A DNA stretch of 64,000 nucleotides from Lama glama (Eukaryota), in assembly GCA_028534125.1 (NCBI GenBank), contig CM052828.1, forward strand, positions 60,016,001 to 60,080,000, written 5' to 3'. Each line of letters opens with the position of its first letter. Position 1 is the first letter of the stretch. This document shows positions 38,177 to 50,365 of this stretch, piece after piece. Made by a program: the position numbers and the translations under genes. The notes below the pieces were generated by a model, which did not search any database, was not told the origin of the DNA, and saw only the letters and a list, made by a program, of their open reading frames with translations.

Positions 38177-38277
38177 GGGGTCAGAGGCAGGTCAGAGGTG
38201 AGGGGTCAGAGGTGGGGGGTCAGGCAGGGGGTGGGGAGGTCAGGCGGTGGAGGGGTGGGGGGTCAGAGGTAGGGGGC
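38177..38277 (+). repeat. Degenerate G-rich GGTCAG minisatellite
   Basis: Six RGGTCAG units separated by G-runs. Confidence 0.8.
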
Positions 38278-38767
38278 GCCCGCTGCGTTGCTCACAGCCC
38301 CACGGGAAGTCATTTTAGGTTGAACTGTAGGAACGGCCAGTCACCCCTGAACCAGCCGTCTCCCATGGTCTGGCCTGCGCACCTTACGTATTTCCACCAG
38401 GAGCCCTCCCTGTGGCTGCTGTGCCCAGGGTGCTTGGGCAGGGGGCCAGGTGAGCGGGGCGGGGGTCGAGGAGTGAGGCGGACTCAGGACCTGCCCCAGG
38501 GGCGGCGGGCTCAGCGGTTCTTCGGAACTTGGGGGTTTATTTTACGGCTCCATTTGTGCTGCTCCTCCCAGTAGGTGACGAGGGTCCGAGGCTGTGTGCC
38601 TCCCCACGTCCCAGCCTACATGCAGGGTTACCTAGCAAACCAGGCGTTCTCTGTCGTGCACACATGGATTTGCTCTTGGTGGGGGCGTTAACATGAGCCT
38701 CCTGGGGTCTCCCCTTTGGGGTTAGAAACAACCAGCACGTGGTCGGCTTTGAAAGCTGTAGTCTCCG

Positions 38768-38933
38768 AGATGTCCAAGCCCCCACTGCAGTCCACGGACC
38801 CGGTGTTGGGGGGTAGGGGCTTGTCCCTCTGAATGCTTACAGTGGCCTCCAAGATGTCCAAGCCCCCACTGCAGTCCACGGACCCGGGGTTGGGGGGTAG
38901 GGGCGTGTCCCTCTGAATGCTAACGGTGGCCTC
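38768..38933 (+). repeat. 84-bp tandem duplication (2 copies) upstream of exon 10
   Basis: agatgtccaagcccccactgcagtccacggacccgg... starts at 38768 and 38852; copies differ at only a few positions. Confidence 0.97.
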
Positions 38934-38959
38934 TTCTCTCCCCTCGCTGCCTGTGGCAG

Positions 38960-39098
38960 TGAGGAGTTGGGAGAGTTCATGGAGATGAAGGGCGCCAGCA
39001 GCCCGGGCATCCTCGTGCTGACCACCGGCCTCAGCAAGCCGTTCATGCGTCTGGACAAGTACCCTGCGCTGCTCAAGGAGCTGGAGAGACACATGGAG
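38960..39098 (+). CDS. ARHGEF7: ARHGEF7 exon 10 (139 nt), DH domain: [46 protein letters not shown]
   Basis: gtggcag|T ... GAG|gtaccc; DH conserved region 3 ([15 protein letters not shown]). Confidence 0.97.
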
Positions 39099-39713
39099 GT
39101 ACCCCCGAGCCGCTGCCATGGGTTTCCAGAGTGGTTTTGCTGAGTACCACACGGTTTTCCCTGGCCCAGCTCTGAGGGTGGCTGTGTGCCCCTTTGTCTC
39201 CTGCCTCATCCACCCCTGCTGGTAGAGGGACTTCCAAACCTGGGAAATGTTAAGCTGAGTTATAAACAGCACTGGAGTCCTCCGGGAACAGCCGTCTGTA
39301 TGTGTCAAGTGCGTGAGTTGTTGAGCAACAGTAGTAAAAGATTCTACTGATGATAAATATTTACCGTGCTCTCTGCCAGCGACTGTGGGCCTGGCAGACA
39401 GCTGGGGTTGGGTTACTGGCTTGCCTAGGGTGCAGCGAGCTTTCTCCCAAAAGGCAGGCCATCTGGTTTCCTTCATGGCTGCTCACCTCTGCCCTTCTGT
39501 GACGAGTGGGTGTGGGGGTGCCAGCTTTTCCAGATTACTGTCCATCAGCCCCATGACTCTCTTGAAGACTGACAGATGGTCCTCTAATGCAGAGAAGAAT
39601 CGGGCAGGTTACATGTTGAAAATACTGGGAAGGTTTGAGCTAGTCCACAGAGTGCCTTTCTAAGAAAGACCTTTTCACTATGAGAGCTAACGGTGTGCTT
39701 CTTTTGTTTAAAG

Positions 39714-39773
39714 GATTACCATCCAGATAGACAAGACATTCAGAAATCTATGACCGCCTTCAAAAACCTTTCC
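39714..39773 (+). CDS. ARHGEF7: ARHGEF7 exon 11 (60 nt): DYHPDRQDIQKSMTAFKNLS
   Basis: tttaaag|GAT ... TCC|gtaagt; branch gctaac at 39686. Confidence 0.96.
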
Positions 39774-40486
39774 GTAAGTGATGAAGCATGTTGTTTTAAG
39801 TTTTCTTTTTCCCTCAGACATTATTATGGCAAATGAAGGCAGAAAATTAGTTTTGTCACCTCAAGTTAGATGATGAAAATTTACTTGTGAAGTAGAACCT
39901 GGGTTCACTCGGGAATGAAAACAGCTTTGTAGTAGTTATTCCGTGGCTGCAAACTCTCATGCTTTCCTGGACTGTGGACACCAGACAAATGGGATGATAA
40001 TTGTTTAAGTTTTGAAACAGTGCCATAGCTACTTAGGAATGGCTTAGAACATGTTTTTAACCACCACCCTGTGTCTTTAGTGACACAGTGTGGAGTGGGG
40101 TCCCGGCGGGTCTTTTCATCTGTTGTCATCTGTCTTCCTGACAGTGTTTTCTGCAACACATGCCTTATTTATAGCACAAGTGGTGCTGACCCTTCTCAGT
40201 CTTCTCTGTTGGCATTCACTCATAGATCAGAAAATACTTTTCTTGTCCAGTCCACGTTTCTTCTGACAGTGGCAAGATGTGCTCTGGTTTCTGCATAGTG
40301 TCTGTCCTTCCAGAGCTGTTCGTGTGTGTTGTCTCTCTTGACTTGATTCCGTGCCTGTGAGTCACACAAGTTGCTCAGTAGGTTACCTGTCTTGAGAAGA
40401 GGTAAGACACAAAGCAGTGTGGCCAGCACACAAGATTCCACAAGTCCTGGTCTCCTGCTTTACCAGCGCCGTCCTGTGCTTCTCAG

Positions 40487-40633
40487 GCCCAGTGCCAGGA
40501 GGTGCGGAAGCGGAAAGAACTGGAGCTGCAGATCCTGACGGAGGCCATCCGGAGCTGGGAGGGGGACGACATCAAGACCCTGGGCAGCGTCATTTACATG
40601 TCCCAGGTCCTGATTCAGTGTGCCGGGAGCGAG
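40487..40633 (+). CDS. ARHGEF7: ARHGEF7 exon 12 (147 nt), DH-PH junction: [49 protein letters not shown]
   Basis: ttctcag|GCC ... GAG|gtatgc. Confidence 0.97.
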
Positions 40634-41712
40634 GTATGCTGGGGCACGGGGACACGAGGCACCTGCCCCTGTGCTGGCCGAGCTTTGCTCTCACGCCCCT
40701 CTCTGACTTGCGTTCCTGAAGCCATTCAGAGCCTGGGACAAAAATTGAGTTAAGAGCCAAACATAACTTGTATTAGATGTAATTTGTTTTCTAAATGCTT
40801 TTTAGGATTCCTCAGCCACAGTCAAAACTGTAAATTCTGTAGAATGTTACGTTTTCATGCTCATGTTTTAGCAAAGTTTAAAGGAAGGTCAAATGATGAT
40901 GACATTTAACGGGTCTGAAACCAGATCTTTGTGACAGTAGCCCCACGCCGTGCAAACTGAGCAGTTTGTGCCTCACTATTCCTGGGAGTTACATGTTAAT
41001 TGGGTCAATAGGCAAGTACCTCTTTTTGCGTTTTATTCCATCCTTGAGGAGAATAATTACTGCGATCAAAATATGCTAATGACGCATTTTCAAACATGAG
41101 ACTCTTAGGCTGGTCAGAAAGCTGAAACTTAACTCTCAAGGCACATTCCTTCCTGCCTGTCAAAGTTTAAAGTGATGCTCCCTCTCTGGGTTCCGTCGGT
41201 TCAGAAGAACTTACGACGGCGTCCTGGTCCGCTGCCCTGATCAAATGCCCAGGTCTTTCACATAATCTGGGTAAAGTCTACAGGATGGATGGAAGCAACA
41301 TTGAGCTGGCGTGTTGTGGTTTTAGGCTGGTGCCAGGATCTGTCAGTGGACTGAGACTGATTTCAGCGTTAGGGTCCACCTGGACCCCTGCTCCCACTGA
41401 AATTTTATAGGATCTTTTCCTCCATTTTCTGTCACCCACAGAAAGAAAACTTTAGACTAATTTGGAGTTAATGGCAGAGCTGAACTCCTTAACCAAATTT
41501 TATAAAAAGAGATTACATGATCTGTGTGTGAGTCTAAGAATTTATCGTAAGTTTGTTTCCATTTAATTTAGATAATAAAATTTGGTAGAGAGAAGTATCT
41601 AAACAGGAATTATGGTATAATGTTTCATAAGGCCTAATATAAATATTTGTTGTCACACTTGTAAATGTGTTTTTTATAAAATTATTTGAATTTGTTTGTT
41701 CTCTTACATCAG

Positions 41713-41799
41713 GAGAAGAATGAAAGATACCTTCTACTCTTCCCAAATATTTTGCTAATGTTGTCTGCCAGTCCTAGGATGAGTGGTTTTATATATCAG
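41713..41799 (+). CDS. ARHGEF7: ARHGEF7 exon 13 (87 nt), PH domain: [29 protein letters not shown]
   Basis: acatcag|GAG ... CAG|gtaaaa. Confidence 0.97.
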
Positions 41800-43954
41800 G
41801 TAAAATCCATTTTAAATTTGTTTACTGTGAATCTGAAAATCATTTCCAGGCTTGCTTTGAATCTTCGAGTTAAATACCCCGCCTGTCCGTGTGTCACGTG
41901 CCGTGTTACACGTGTGGTGTCACGCTCAAGTACGTTCGTGCCACTCCCGCCTGTGTTTCGATGTGACCGCGAGTTGACCCTTGTGTTAATCCGAAGCGAA
42001 AAGAGAAGGAAACAGGTGACAGTCGTAGAGCTAGCCCTGCGGACACAGACTGCGGAGGGGCAAGGCCAGCTCGATCCCCACCTGCAGCGGGTCCTGCAGT
42101 CGCCCCTTCTTCCCCGGCGGCTGGTGGGGCTGGCCTGAGCGCGGCCCAATGGTGCGAGCAGTGCACGGCCGAGGGTCAGCGCGCAGACGCCAGGTGGTGT
42201 GAGCGGTGGCCGGTGATCATTTACCCTTTTCTAATTTTAATCATTTTTCCTGTTTTCTTTGAGAAGATGCGCGAGCTGATTTTAGAAGGAAGTGCAACGG
42301 AAGGTCTTCGTCTAGGCTAATTTAAAATGTGGCATTAAGTGCCTTACATTTTCTCTGCGCGTCTCGCCGGTGCTTCTGGCAAGTCTGCTCCTTTTTCCTG
42401 TGTTGTTATAGAAGCCACTGCCTTTCCCATCGAGTCTTCAAGGCCTGATGAGGCCCAGGTGCTGGTTGACCAGCCAGCCGCCACACTTGCTGTGGCGCCT
42501 CGTCTGCATCATCCCCGACGGGAGCGCTCGTGGGTCCTGAGTCCAGAGGGCCCGTGCTTGCTGGTACTTGCCTGGAAAGCTGTGCTGCCCGAGAGGCTCT
42601 GTCCTCACTCAGTTACTCCGGAAGGGCCTCCAGTACTGACAGGGCAGCCCCTGTGACACGTGGGCGGGCCCAGAGAGGGGCCTCTCAGTCTGTGAGACCG
42701 ACCTGGGTCCCGCCAGCCGGCAGCTCCTGCTGCCTCGGTGACCCCGGAGAGCGAAATGCGGAGGCCTTTCCAGGTGGTGCTCCCTGCCTTTCTGCTCTGC
42801 ACCCCGGGAGGCTGAGCCAGGGCCCTGCTGACCGAGGGAACCGAGGGTGCCAGCTGGGGCAGGCCCAGGCCCCTCGTGCCATGGGCAGGGCCCTGTTTCC
42901 CACCCGGCGCACAGTTTCCTGGGCAGTTTCTCTCCAGTGCTGTGACACATGGTCCATGTGTTGCCAGCATTCTTTCTGGCCTTAAAGGACATCAGAGAGC
43001 ACTGAACCCAGCCACGACTGCACACCCTGTCCTCTGGTGGTGCTGCTGCTGGGTCACACGCAGTCACACAGCTCTGTTCTCTGTAGGGTCACCTCTGTGC
43101 CTCAGGGCTCCTGGGGAGGCGTATGCAGTGTCCCGCATCTGACCACAGCGGGCCAGCTGCTGTCCGTTGTCCCACCTCTGACCTTCAGGACAGGCTTCTC
43201 AGCCCTGTTGTCCTCGGGGCTGGATGGTGCCTGTGCGGGGGGACGGCCTCGTGCTCTCCTGGTAGATGTCAGAGCCCAGGCCCTGGGAGACTTTCCCTCA
43301 AGGCTGGGTGGTGTGTCTGCTGCCTTGGTTTTAGTTCTGCCCTGTTTGTGGTGGCCTATGAGCAGCCCACGCAGGATCTCTCTTCCTGGACACTTCCTGC
43401 TCCCCTTCCCGAGCCCCCCGTTTTCGGAGCGGGCGGTTGCCTGCGGTTTTCTGCATTTTGTGCGGTGCTCAGCACACCTGTTGACTTCCTGTCTGGTGGA
43501 CGACCACATGCCACTGTTGCATAAGTCCTCTTGCTCCAGTTCCCCTCTCATTTTCCCTCCTTCCTCTGCGTTTCTTTCAGGCAGAGCTGTGCCTCCTTTC
43601 CATAAACAACATCCTTTAAAACAGCTACTGTAGGCATAGGGTTTTTTAAGTCATAATGTGTAATGTTTTTATGTTCTGCTGTTTATGTGTAGAGTAACTC
43701 ATCAGATGAAGTTTATTTTTGTTCTAGTTTGCTGCCCTGTACCTCTTTGCCGGCTCAGTTTCTTAACTATAGTGACATTATTTCTTATTTGAGGTAGAGG
43801 TGTTCGTATTATACGTGCATCTGGTACAAACAAGAGTGTTTTTGGTTTACAGATAGTTCCTCTGCCATTTCTAAAAGCATTTAATATTTACTTTAGAAAG
43901 GGTACCTTCTTTCCTAGAAAGCACTAACTTTTTTCGGGGGGGGGTCTTTTTTAG

Positions 43955-44033
43955 GGAAAGCTGCCAACGACAGGAATGACGATCACAAAGCTTGAGGACA
44001 GTGAAAATCATAGAAACGCGTTTGAAATAGCAG
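43955..44033 (+). CDS. ARHGEF7: ARHGEF7 exon 14 (79 nt), PH domain: GKLPTTGMTITKLEDSENHRNAFEIA
   Basis: ttttag|GGA ... GCAG|gtgaag; branch cactaac at 43922. Confidence 0.96.
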
Positions 44034-44227
44034 GTGAAGAAGGCTCAGACTTCGTGGGGGCCACCTGCCACGCTGTCGGGCAAGAGGCAGTGCCCTGGCT
44101 GTGTGCAGCCTCTGCCTGGCTCTCTCTAGGCTGGTGTCGAAGCGTCGTTGAGTCATCCCCGGGGGCGCGTGCGTGGGTGCTCGCTCCACCCATTTCCCCG
44201 TTTCAGCCTGAGCTGTGTCTCTTCCAG

Positions 44228-44367
44228 GGAGCATGATTGAGCGGATCTTGGTGTCCTGCAACAACCAGCAGGACCTCCACGAGTGGGTGGACCACCTGCA
44301 GAAGCAAACGAAGGTCACGTCTGTGGGAAACCCCACCATCAAGCCTCACTCTGTGCCGTCTCATACT
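44228..44367 (+). CDS. ARHGEF7: ARHGEF7 exon 15 (140 nt), PH end: GSMIERILVSCNNQQDLHEWVDHLQKQTKVTSVGNPTIKPHSVPSHT
   Basis: cttccag|GG ... ACT|gtaagg. Confidence 0.97.
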
Positions 44368-46091
44368 GTAAGGGCTCCCGCACGCCTCCTGCCTCCGCAC
44401 TCTGGGTCAGCCTTTGGTTCAGTGGTCAGCAAGTGGTCAGGTGCTTCCAAGCATAATCAGTATGTGGGTGCAGAAACCCAAGCACTTGGCTTGTGTTTCC
44501 GTTGAAGGCTTTTCTGAGAATTTTAATTGTATTTATTATATTCCATCAAAAAAAATACCCAAACAAATATTTATGGTGACGAAAAGGACCAGGTTCATGC
44601 CAAAGGCATTAAAATGTAATTTTTGACGTGTTGTTTTGGCTTTAAGAAATCTGTATCTTTTACTTAGTAAAACTCAACAGCTCTTTGACTTTATAGATAT
44701 TTAAACATTTCAAAATAGATCAGCACCATAGTCTCAGTGTTTAAAACTTCTCTTTACTGGGATTCATGCTTAAGATACGGGTGTTGTCAAATCACCTGCA
44801 CATTCATCAGCTTTATTGAACAGCGTTGAACCAGGCACCCTTCTCACAGGTGACCTAGGATCACCACATTTCCTGCTGGTGGGCTCTTCTGTCATCCTTA
44901 CCAGATTGTTACGACCTTTACTAGGACTTCTCTGCCACTTCTTTCATCTCTGTGGTCCCCGTCCTCGGGGACACGTCTAGCTCAGGGAGGGCGGCTGCGG
45001 TGCAGCGTGGTGATCAAGGGTGCAGCATCTTACTTGATTTCTCCCAGCAGTTTGGGGTTAAAACTGTTGTTGTGCTTCAGCTGATGTTCCATTTTGAGTG
45101 GCTGTCCATCTATAACTTTTTCATACTTCAAAAAAAATGCTGAAGATGCTCAGCTTTCATGGGACTGAATTCATTCCAAGAACAGATGCGCTGTGTGTGT
45201 TTATAAGGAAAGGGACGTACCCGTTCGCTTAGATTGTCTGTAACAGCCTGAAACTAACCTTTATAAAGCTTCACATTGAGTAGCACCTCGCTCTGTGTCT
45301 GGACCCGGGCCTCTCGTGTTGCTTTTCGTGTCAGCCAGAGGCAAGGTCAGCTTTCTGGTGGCAGGGAGTTGGTGCTTGGCCACCACCACTTGGAGGGCGC
45401 GCTGCTTCACAGACTGGCTTTCGAAATGCTGTGTGTTCTTCGGGTGTTTCTCTTTGGGGGCATATGTATTCTCCCTGTGATCGGGCTGTGTCCAGCTTGA
45501 ATAATACTCTAACTTTAGCATAAAATGTACCTCTCCTGACTGTTTCAAGTGAGGAGAAACAAAATCCAATGCTATGTGACAGTGTTACTGGAAGGGGTAT
45601 TTTGCATAATTTCCTCTTTTTGTGAATTGTTTAGTTTGAAAACGTTTCTCGTGGTGGTTGTACAGGAAGTCACAAGACATGCATGCACGCTCACACACGT
45701 GTGCAAACACACACACGGACACATGCTGCAGTCTGTTGCTGCTTTTCTGGGATACGCAGCACCAGATGGCGCCTGGCCTTCCCCTTCAAGCACGTGTGTC
45801 AAGTCTTGTTCAGTTTTTGGAATGACGCCCTCACTCAGCCTTCCTGCTCACAGAGCCACTCAGCTCTTTCTCCTGTTAAGCATGCTTATTGTTTTGGGCT
45901 AATGTGAGGCCATTGGTTGGTTTTGAGTAGTTATTTATTTTATTCAACATTTTCTCATTTAATTGTCAGTGGGATGGAATATTTTTGGGTTTTCCAGGAA
46001 TATAAGCTCCGTTAATGACATCCTTCTGAGGAATTAGATTCATATAACTTTGTTTTGATTAAAACTGATTTTTCTGAGAAAATGTCTTATC

Positions 46092-46284
46092 GAGGGATTG
46101 GCAGATTTTATCTGCAAAGAGACATAGTTAATGTTTTTGGCTTTTTAGGTAAATGTTACAATGCTGTTTTGCCTCTGTGATGCAAAAGCAGCCATTGAGA
46201 GGAATGGGCCTGACTGTGTCCCGGGAAATTTTCTTTTCTTTTTTTTTCAAAAACAGAGATCAGGCCCTAGTTTTGCCCCACCCC
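46092..46284 (+). mobile_element. MER58A (hAT-Charlie MITE)
   Basis: gagggattggcagattttatctgcaaagagacatagttaatgtttttggcttt...aaagcagccattgag...aatgggcctgactgtgtccc...tagttttgccccacccc. Confidence 0.8.
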
Positions 46285-46679
46285 AAACCACCAGGAAATG
46301 GATTAATATAGGACTGGGGAGAATCACCTCCCCAGCGCAGGGAATACCTGTTCTTTCACAAAGTTCTGTATCTGGGTCTCAGAAATATGAAGTACCTTTG
46401 GTGAATGTGGCCCCTGGCAGTTTCTGCATCTGGACCCTCAGCCCCTGCTCCTCCTGATCTGAGCTCGGCCTGACCTGAAGCAGAACCAGAGACCGTGGCT
46501 CCCTGCTCGGCCCAAGTGGCTGGGAAGCCAAGTGCCTGAGCCAGAGATGCAGGAGAAACGATAACAACCGTGGTGGGGGGCATGTTTCACCGGCAGGGTT
46601 TTAGCAGAACTAAGCGTGTGCGTTGGGTCGAGGCTCCTCTGATGGGGACGGTGACGCTGTGTCTGCTCTATCCCGGCAG

Positions 46680-46904
46680 CTCCCCTCCCACTCCATCACC
46701 CCGTCCAGCAAGCACGCTGACAGCAAGCCAGTGCCGCTGACGCCCGCCTACCACACGCTGCCCCACCCCTCCCACCATGGCACCCCTCACACCACCATCA
46801 ACTGGGGTCCCCTGGAGCCTCCGAAGACCCCCAAGCCATGGAGCCTGAGCTGCCTGCGACCCGCACCCCCACTCCGGCCCTCGGCGGCTCTCTGCTACAA
46901 GGAG
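46680..46904 (+). CDS. ARHGEF7: ARHGEF7 exon 16 (225 nt, 75 aa, phase 0-0), Pro/His-rich region: [12 protein letters not shown]...[15 protein letters not shown]
   Basis: ccggcag|CTC ... GAG|gtgagg. Confidence 0.97.
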
Positions 46905-48876
46905 GTGAGGTCCGGCTGGGCGGCTGGCACATTAGATTGGTGGCTCTGTGTTTCAGCCCAGTGAATGAGAAATGTGGAAAATCCCATGTTTCTGCCAGTG
47001 ACATAAAAATACCAGGCAGCTTCCTCAGAACCGTGAAGGGTGTGCCTTCGTTCTCTCATGACTGCTTTCTGTGCTGTGGGGGCCTCTCTATGCCCACGTG
47101 GCCCGGTCTGGACTCCTGCTGCCGCAGGCCCAGGAGCTGGGAGGCTTCCCTTGGGCCTCCTCCTGGCCCTCCCTGAGCCTGAACCTGCTTTGGACTTGCA
47201 GTTCATGAGGGCTCGCCCTTGTGCATGCTGTTCTGCTGTGTGTGTTCTGAGCTCTTGCCCAGAGCCTGCATTGAGTCCCCAGAAGCTCCCTGAGGTGGAG
47301 AGAAGGCTTCCCCAAAACGGGGATGAAGGCAGCTCTCCTGTTGTGCCAGAGAGATCACAGTGCTTCTACGGGTGCCCTGCAGGGTGAAACGTTTCTGGGG
47401 AGAAGAGGAAGGGCCTCGGGAGATACTCTGCAGAGTATCTGCGCGTTGAGGAAGCTGACGATTGAAATGAGTGTGGCTATGACAGGTGTGAGCCTGCGCC
47501 CGAGCGGGCTTTGCTCGGGGTGGACTTGGGCTTGGCCTGAAGCACTGTGGGCGAGGCTAGCGTGAGCAGGGCTGTGAGCGTGGTGAGCACCATTGCCTGG
47601 TTTGTGCCTTCACGAGGCCGCATTTGTCAAAGGACCTAGAGCAGATCCTCCATCCTTGCTGGTGGCCCTAAGTATTTTAAGATAAATAGAAAAACACAAC
47701 ATAAACTATAATTAGTTCTTTGTTTCTTGCGCTTAATGAATTTTAGTTTTTATGAAGTACGTTTTGCCAGTGGCCCTGTGCCCAGTCAGAAGTGTCTTTG
47801 CCCCGGGCGGTTCCTTGAAGAGTGCCCTACTGTTACTCCCCAGCTCAGAGCTGCAGGTGTGCGGGCTTCGTTCCTAGGGGGGAGCGGTGGGGCAGAGGAG
47901 AGAGAGAAAGGCCTGGAGAGGTGTGGCACTGAATGTGCCCGGTGTGGCGGGGCACCTCGGAGCCCCGCTCAGGAGTGGTCTCCCCCACCAGTGCTCTGCC
48001 TGCTCCACCTCCGTCCCTTGCACTCGGGGAAGTCTAGGGCTCATGCTGCATTTACTTTTTCGGGGACTAATTTCTGCTGTGTTTTCAGAGCTTTTGAAAT
48101 CCCTGCTTTCACAGAGATGATGTTGAAGAGATGCCTTTAGAAGCTGGGCCCTGCTCTCTCTGTGCTTTTCATCTGATCCATCCCATAGCCCAGGGCACCT
48201 TCTGCTTCTTGGTTTCTCATCCAAAGGTTCACCAGTGCTTTATGCAGTTTAAGTGATGCAGCAGGTTGCCTTTTTTTGATACGGCTATTCAGTGCATCCT
48301 GACAATCAAGAGCTTGCCCTCCTTGCCTGCCGTGGTCGTTGGGCTTGGTCCTGCTCTGTTTTCTGCCTCCCCCTTCTGCTCGGTTTTTAGGAGACGTGTT
48401 GCAGAGGTGAGGGTAGACCACTGCGCTGGGAACCCGCCGCTGAACGGTTCTGGGCTCGTGTCGTCTGTGCGCCTCTGTGCTCGAGCCCAGGGGCTGATCT
48501 GACCCCCTTTTCCCGTCCCTTGAGGCTTCAGATGTTTTCCTGAAGGGGTTGTGTTTACTTACCTTCCTTAAGAAGTAGCCTATGTTTCCTCCTCTCTTTC
48601 CGGTTGGCTGCAGCAGGTGGGTCCACCCCGGAACCACAGGCGCGGCTCCCTGTGCAGGCGGCGGCCAGCTGCCTCTCCCTGTCCTGGCGCTGCCAGCCCG
48701 CCTCGCCTCCAGGGTGATGTCCTGTGCTGGTGGCGCCGAGCCTGTCGCCCTGCTTGTTTCCAGTTAATGCTTCTCCAGCGGCTCTGGGAAGTCAGAGCGC
48801 GATGGGGTGGGAAGCCCCATCCTCACAGCCGCCCCCTTCCCCGCGGGGTGTGTCAGCGCTTCCCTCTCCTTCCCAG

Positions 48877-48970
48877 GATCTCAGTAAGAGCCCCAAGACC
48901 ATGAAGAAGCTGCTCCCCAAGCGCAAACCTGAGCGGAAGCCTTCGGATGAGGAGTTCGCCCTGAGGAAAA
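48877..48970 (+). CDS. ARHGEF7: ARHGEF7 exon 17 (94 nt): [31 protein letters not shown]
   Basis: ttcccag|GAT ... AAAA|gtgagc. Confidence 0.97.
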
Positions 48971-50365
48971 GTGAGCGCACCCGCGTGGGGGGTGGGGGCG
49001 GCGGGGGCAGCCAGGGTGCGGGGTGGGAACAGCACGGACGCTGCCCGCAGGAAGGAGAGACGGGTCCGTGCCGAACCCCCACCCCGAGATAGCTCTCTGT
49101 GCGGGTCCCCTGCCCTGGGCACCTCCACCTGGAGGGCCTCCACTGCGGGCCCCATCTCTCCCAGAAGCTGTGAGATGCCCAAGGCTCGTGGACTTGAGCT
49201 CCGGCCTCCCCCAGGGCACCCCGCACACAAAGATGCTGGGCTGACAGTGGCGCCAGGAGAGCAGTCCCCAGGGATGAGTTCCCTGCCCACAGGGAGCTGG
49301 CCCTTCCTGCTGCCTTCTGCATCTGCTCGCTCCCCGCCCCCACGGCTGTCACCAGGCTCTGTGAATTTCTGGAGCTTGGCTCGTCCCCTGCACAGCCACT
49401 TGGGACCCTCAGAGATTCATTGCCAAAAGAAGGCTTTAGTCAGAAGTCCAGGAGCCCACGTCAGCTGTCGCCCGAGGAAGGAGGTGGCTTGGTGTGGTGG
49501 CTGCGGGTGGGACCTCCCCGTCTCAGTGTAGGGGATGGCAGCCGTGGGGAGGTCACGGCCTGCAGGCCTCTCAGGGTGAGCCCTCCCCGCCTGTCCCTGA
49601 GGTCCCTGTAGCAGCCACAGCCCTGCCGTCCTGACGGCCGTTTCCCTCAGATGGGGGCTGCAGAGCAGTGCAGCACCCCCGGACCCCCGATGAAACCAGG
49701 GTGAGGCCCACCGCTCCCGTGCGGAGGGTCCCGCCTGGGCTGAACACCAGCTCCCCACGTGCAGCTGCAGACCGTGCCTCATGGACCCTTCCTCCTGCAG
49801 CCGTGCTGAGCGCCTTGTGTGCGCAGGCGCTGAGTGAGTGTGGGGTCCGGCTGCTCCCTGGCAGATGGGATACAGTGCCCTCCTGTGTACCAGTGAACCC
49901 CTGCCCCGTGGGGTCCCTCCCGTGGTGAAGCAGGAGCCAAGCCAGGCCAACGATAGCCCTGTTGCGGTGAAGTGCTGAAGTGCGGGGAGGGAGGCTGCCG
50001 GTGTTTTGGGAGGGGAGGGGCCACGAGGCCAGTGGAGCAGATGTCTTTGGGGGAGAGCTCCCAGGCATGGACTGCAGGGACCCCCAGGCAGGACCCCCAC
50101 AGTTCTTTCCAGGGACCCCTGCACCGACCCCAGGGTAACAGTGAGAGATGGTCCCAGACGTGCTTTGAGTGAACCGACAGTTTCAGTTCAGTTGTGAACA
50201 GAGGGCTCATTGGGGCTGGCTTGGGTATTTTAGGACAACTGATCCTTGTCTTGAGAGCAGGCAGGGCAGCGGCAGTGGGTCAGGGAGACCAGGTGGGAGG
50301 CTGCGCCGTGGTCCAGGTGAGGACAACATCCAGGGGAGCGTGGACAGACTCTGAGCTGTAGCCTG

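Noticed and set aside
38688-39476. 262-aa antisense ORF with an internal peptide repeat
   Set aside because: The repeat is the 84-bp (28-codon) duplication and the rest is antisense to exon 10; no evidence for an independent gene
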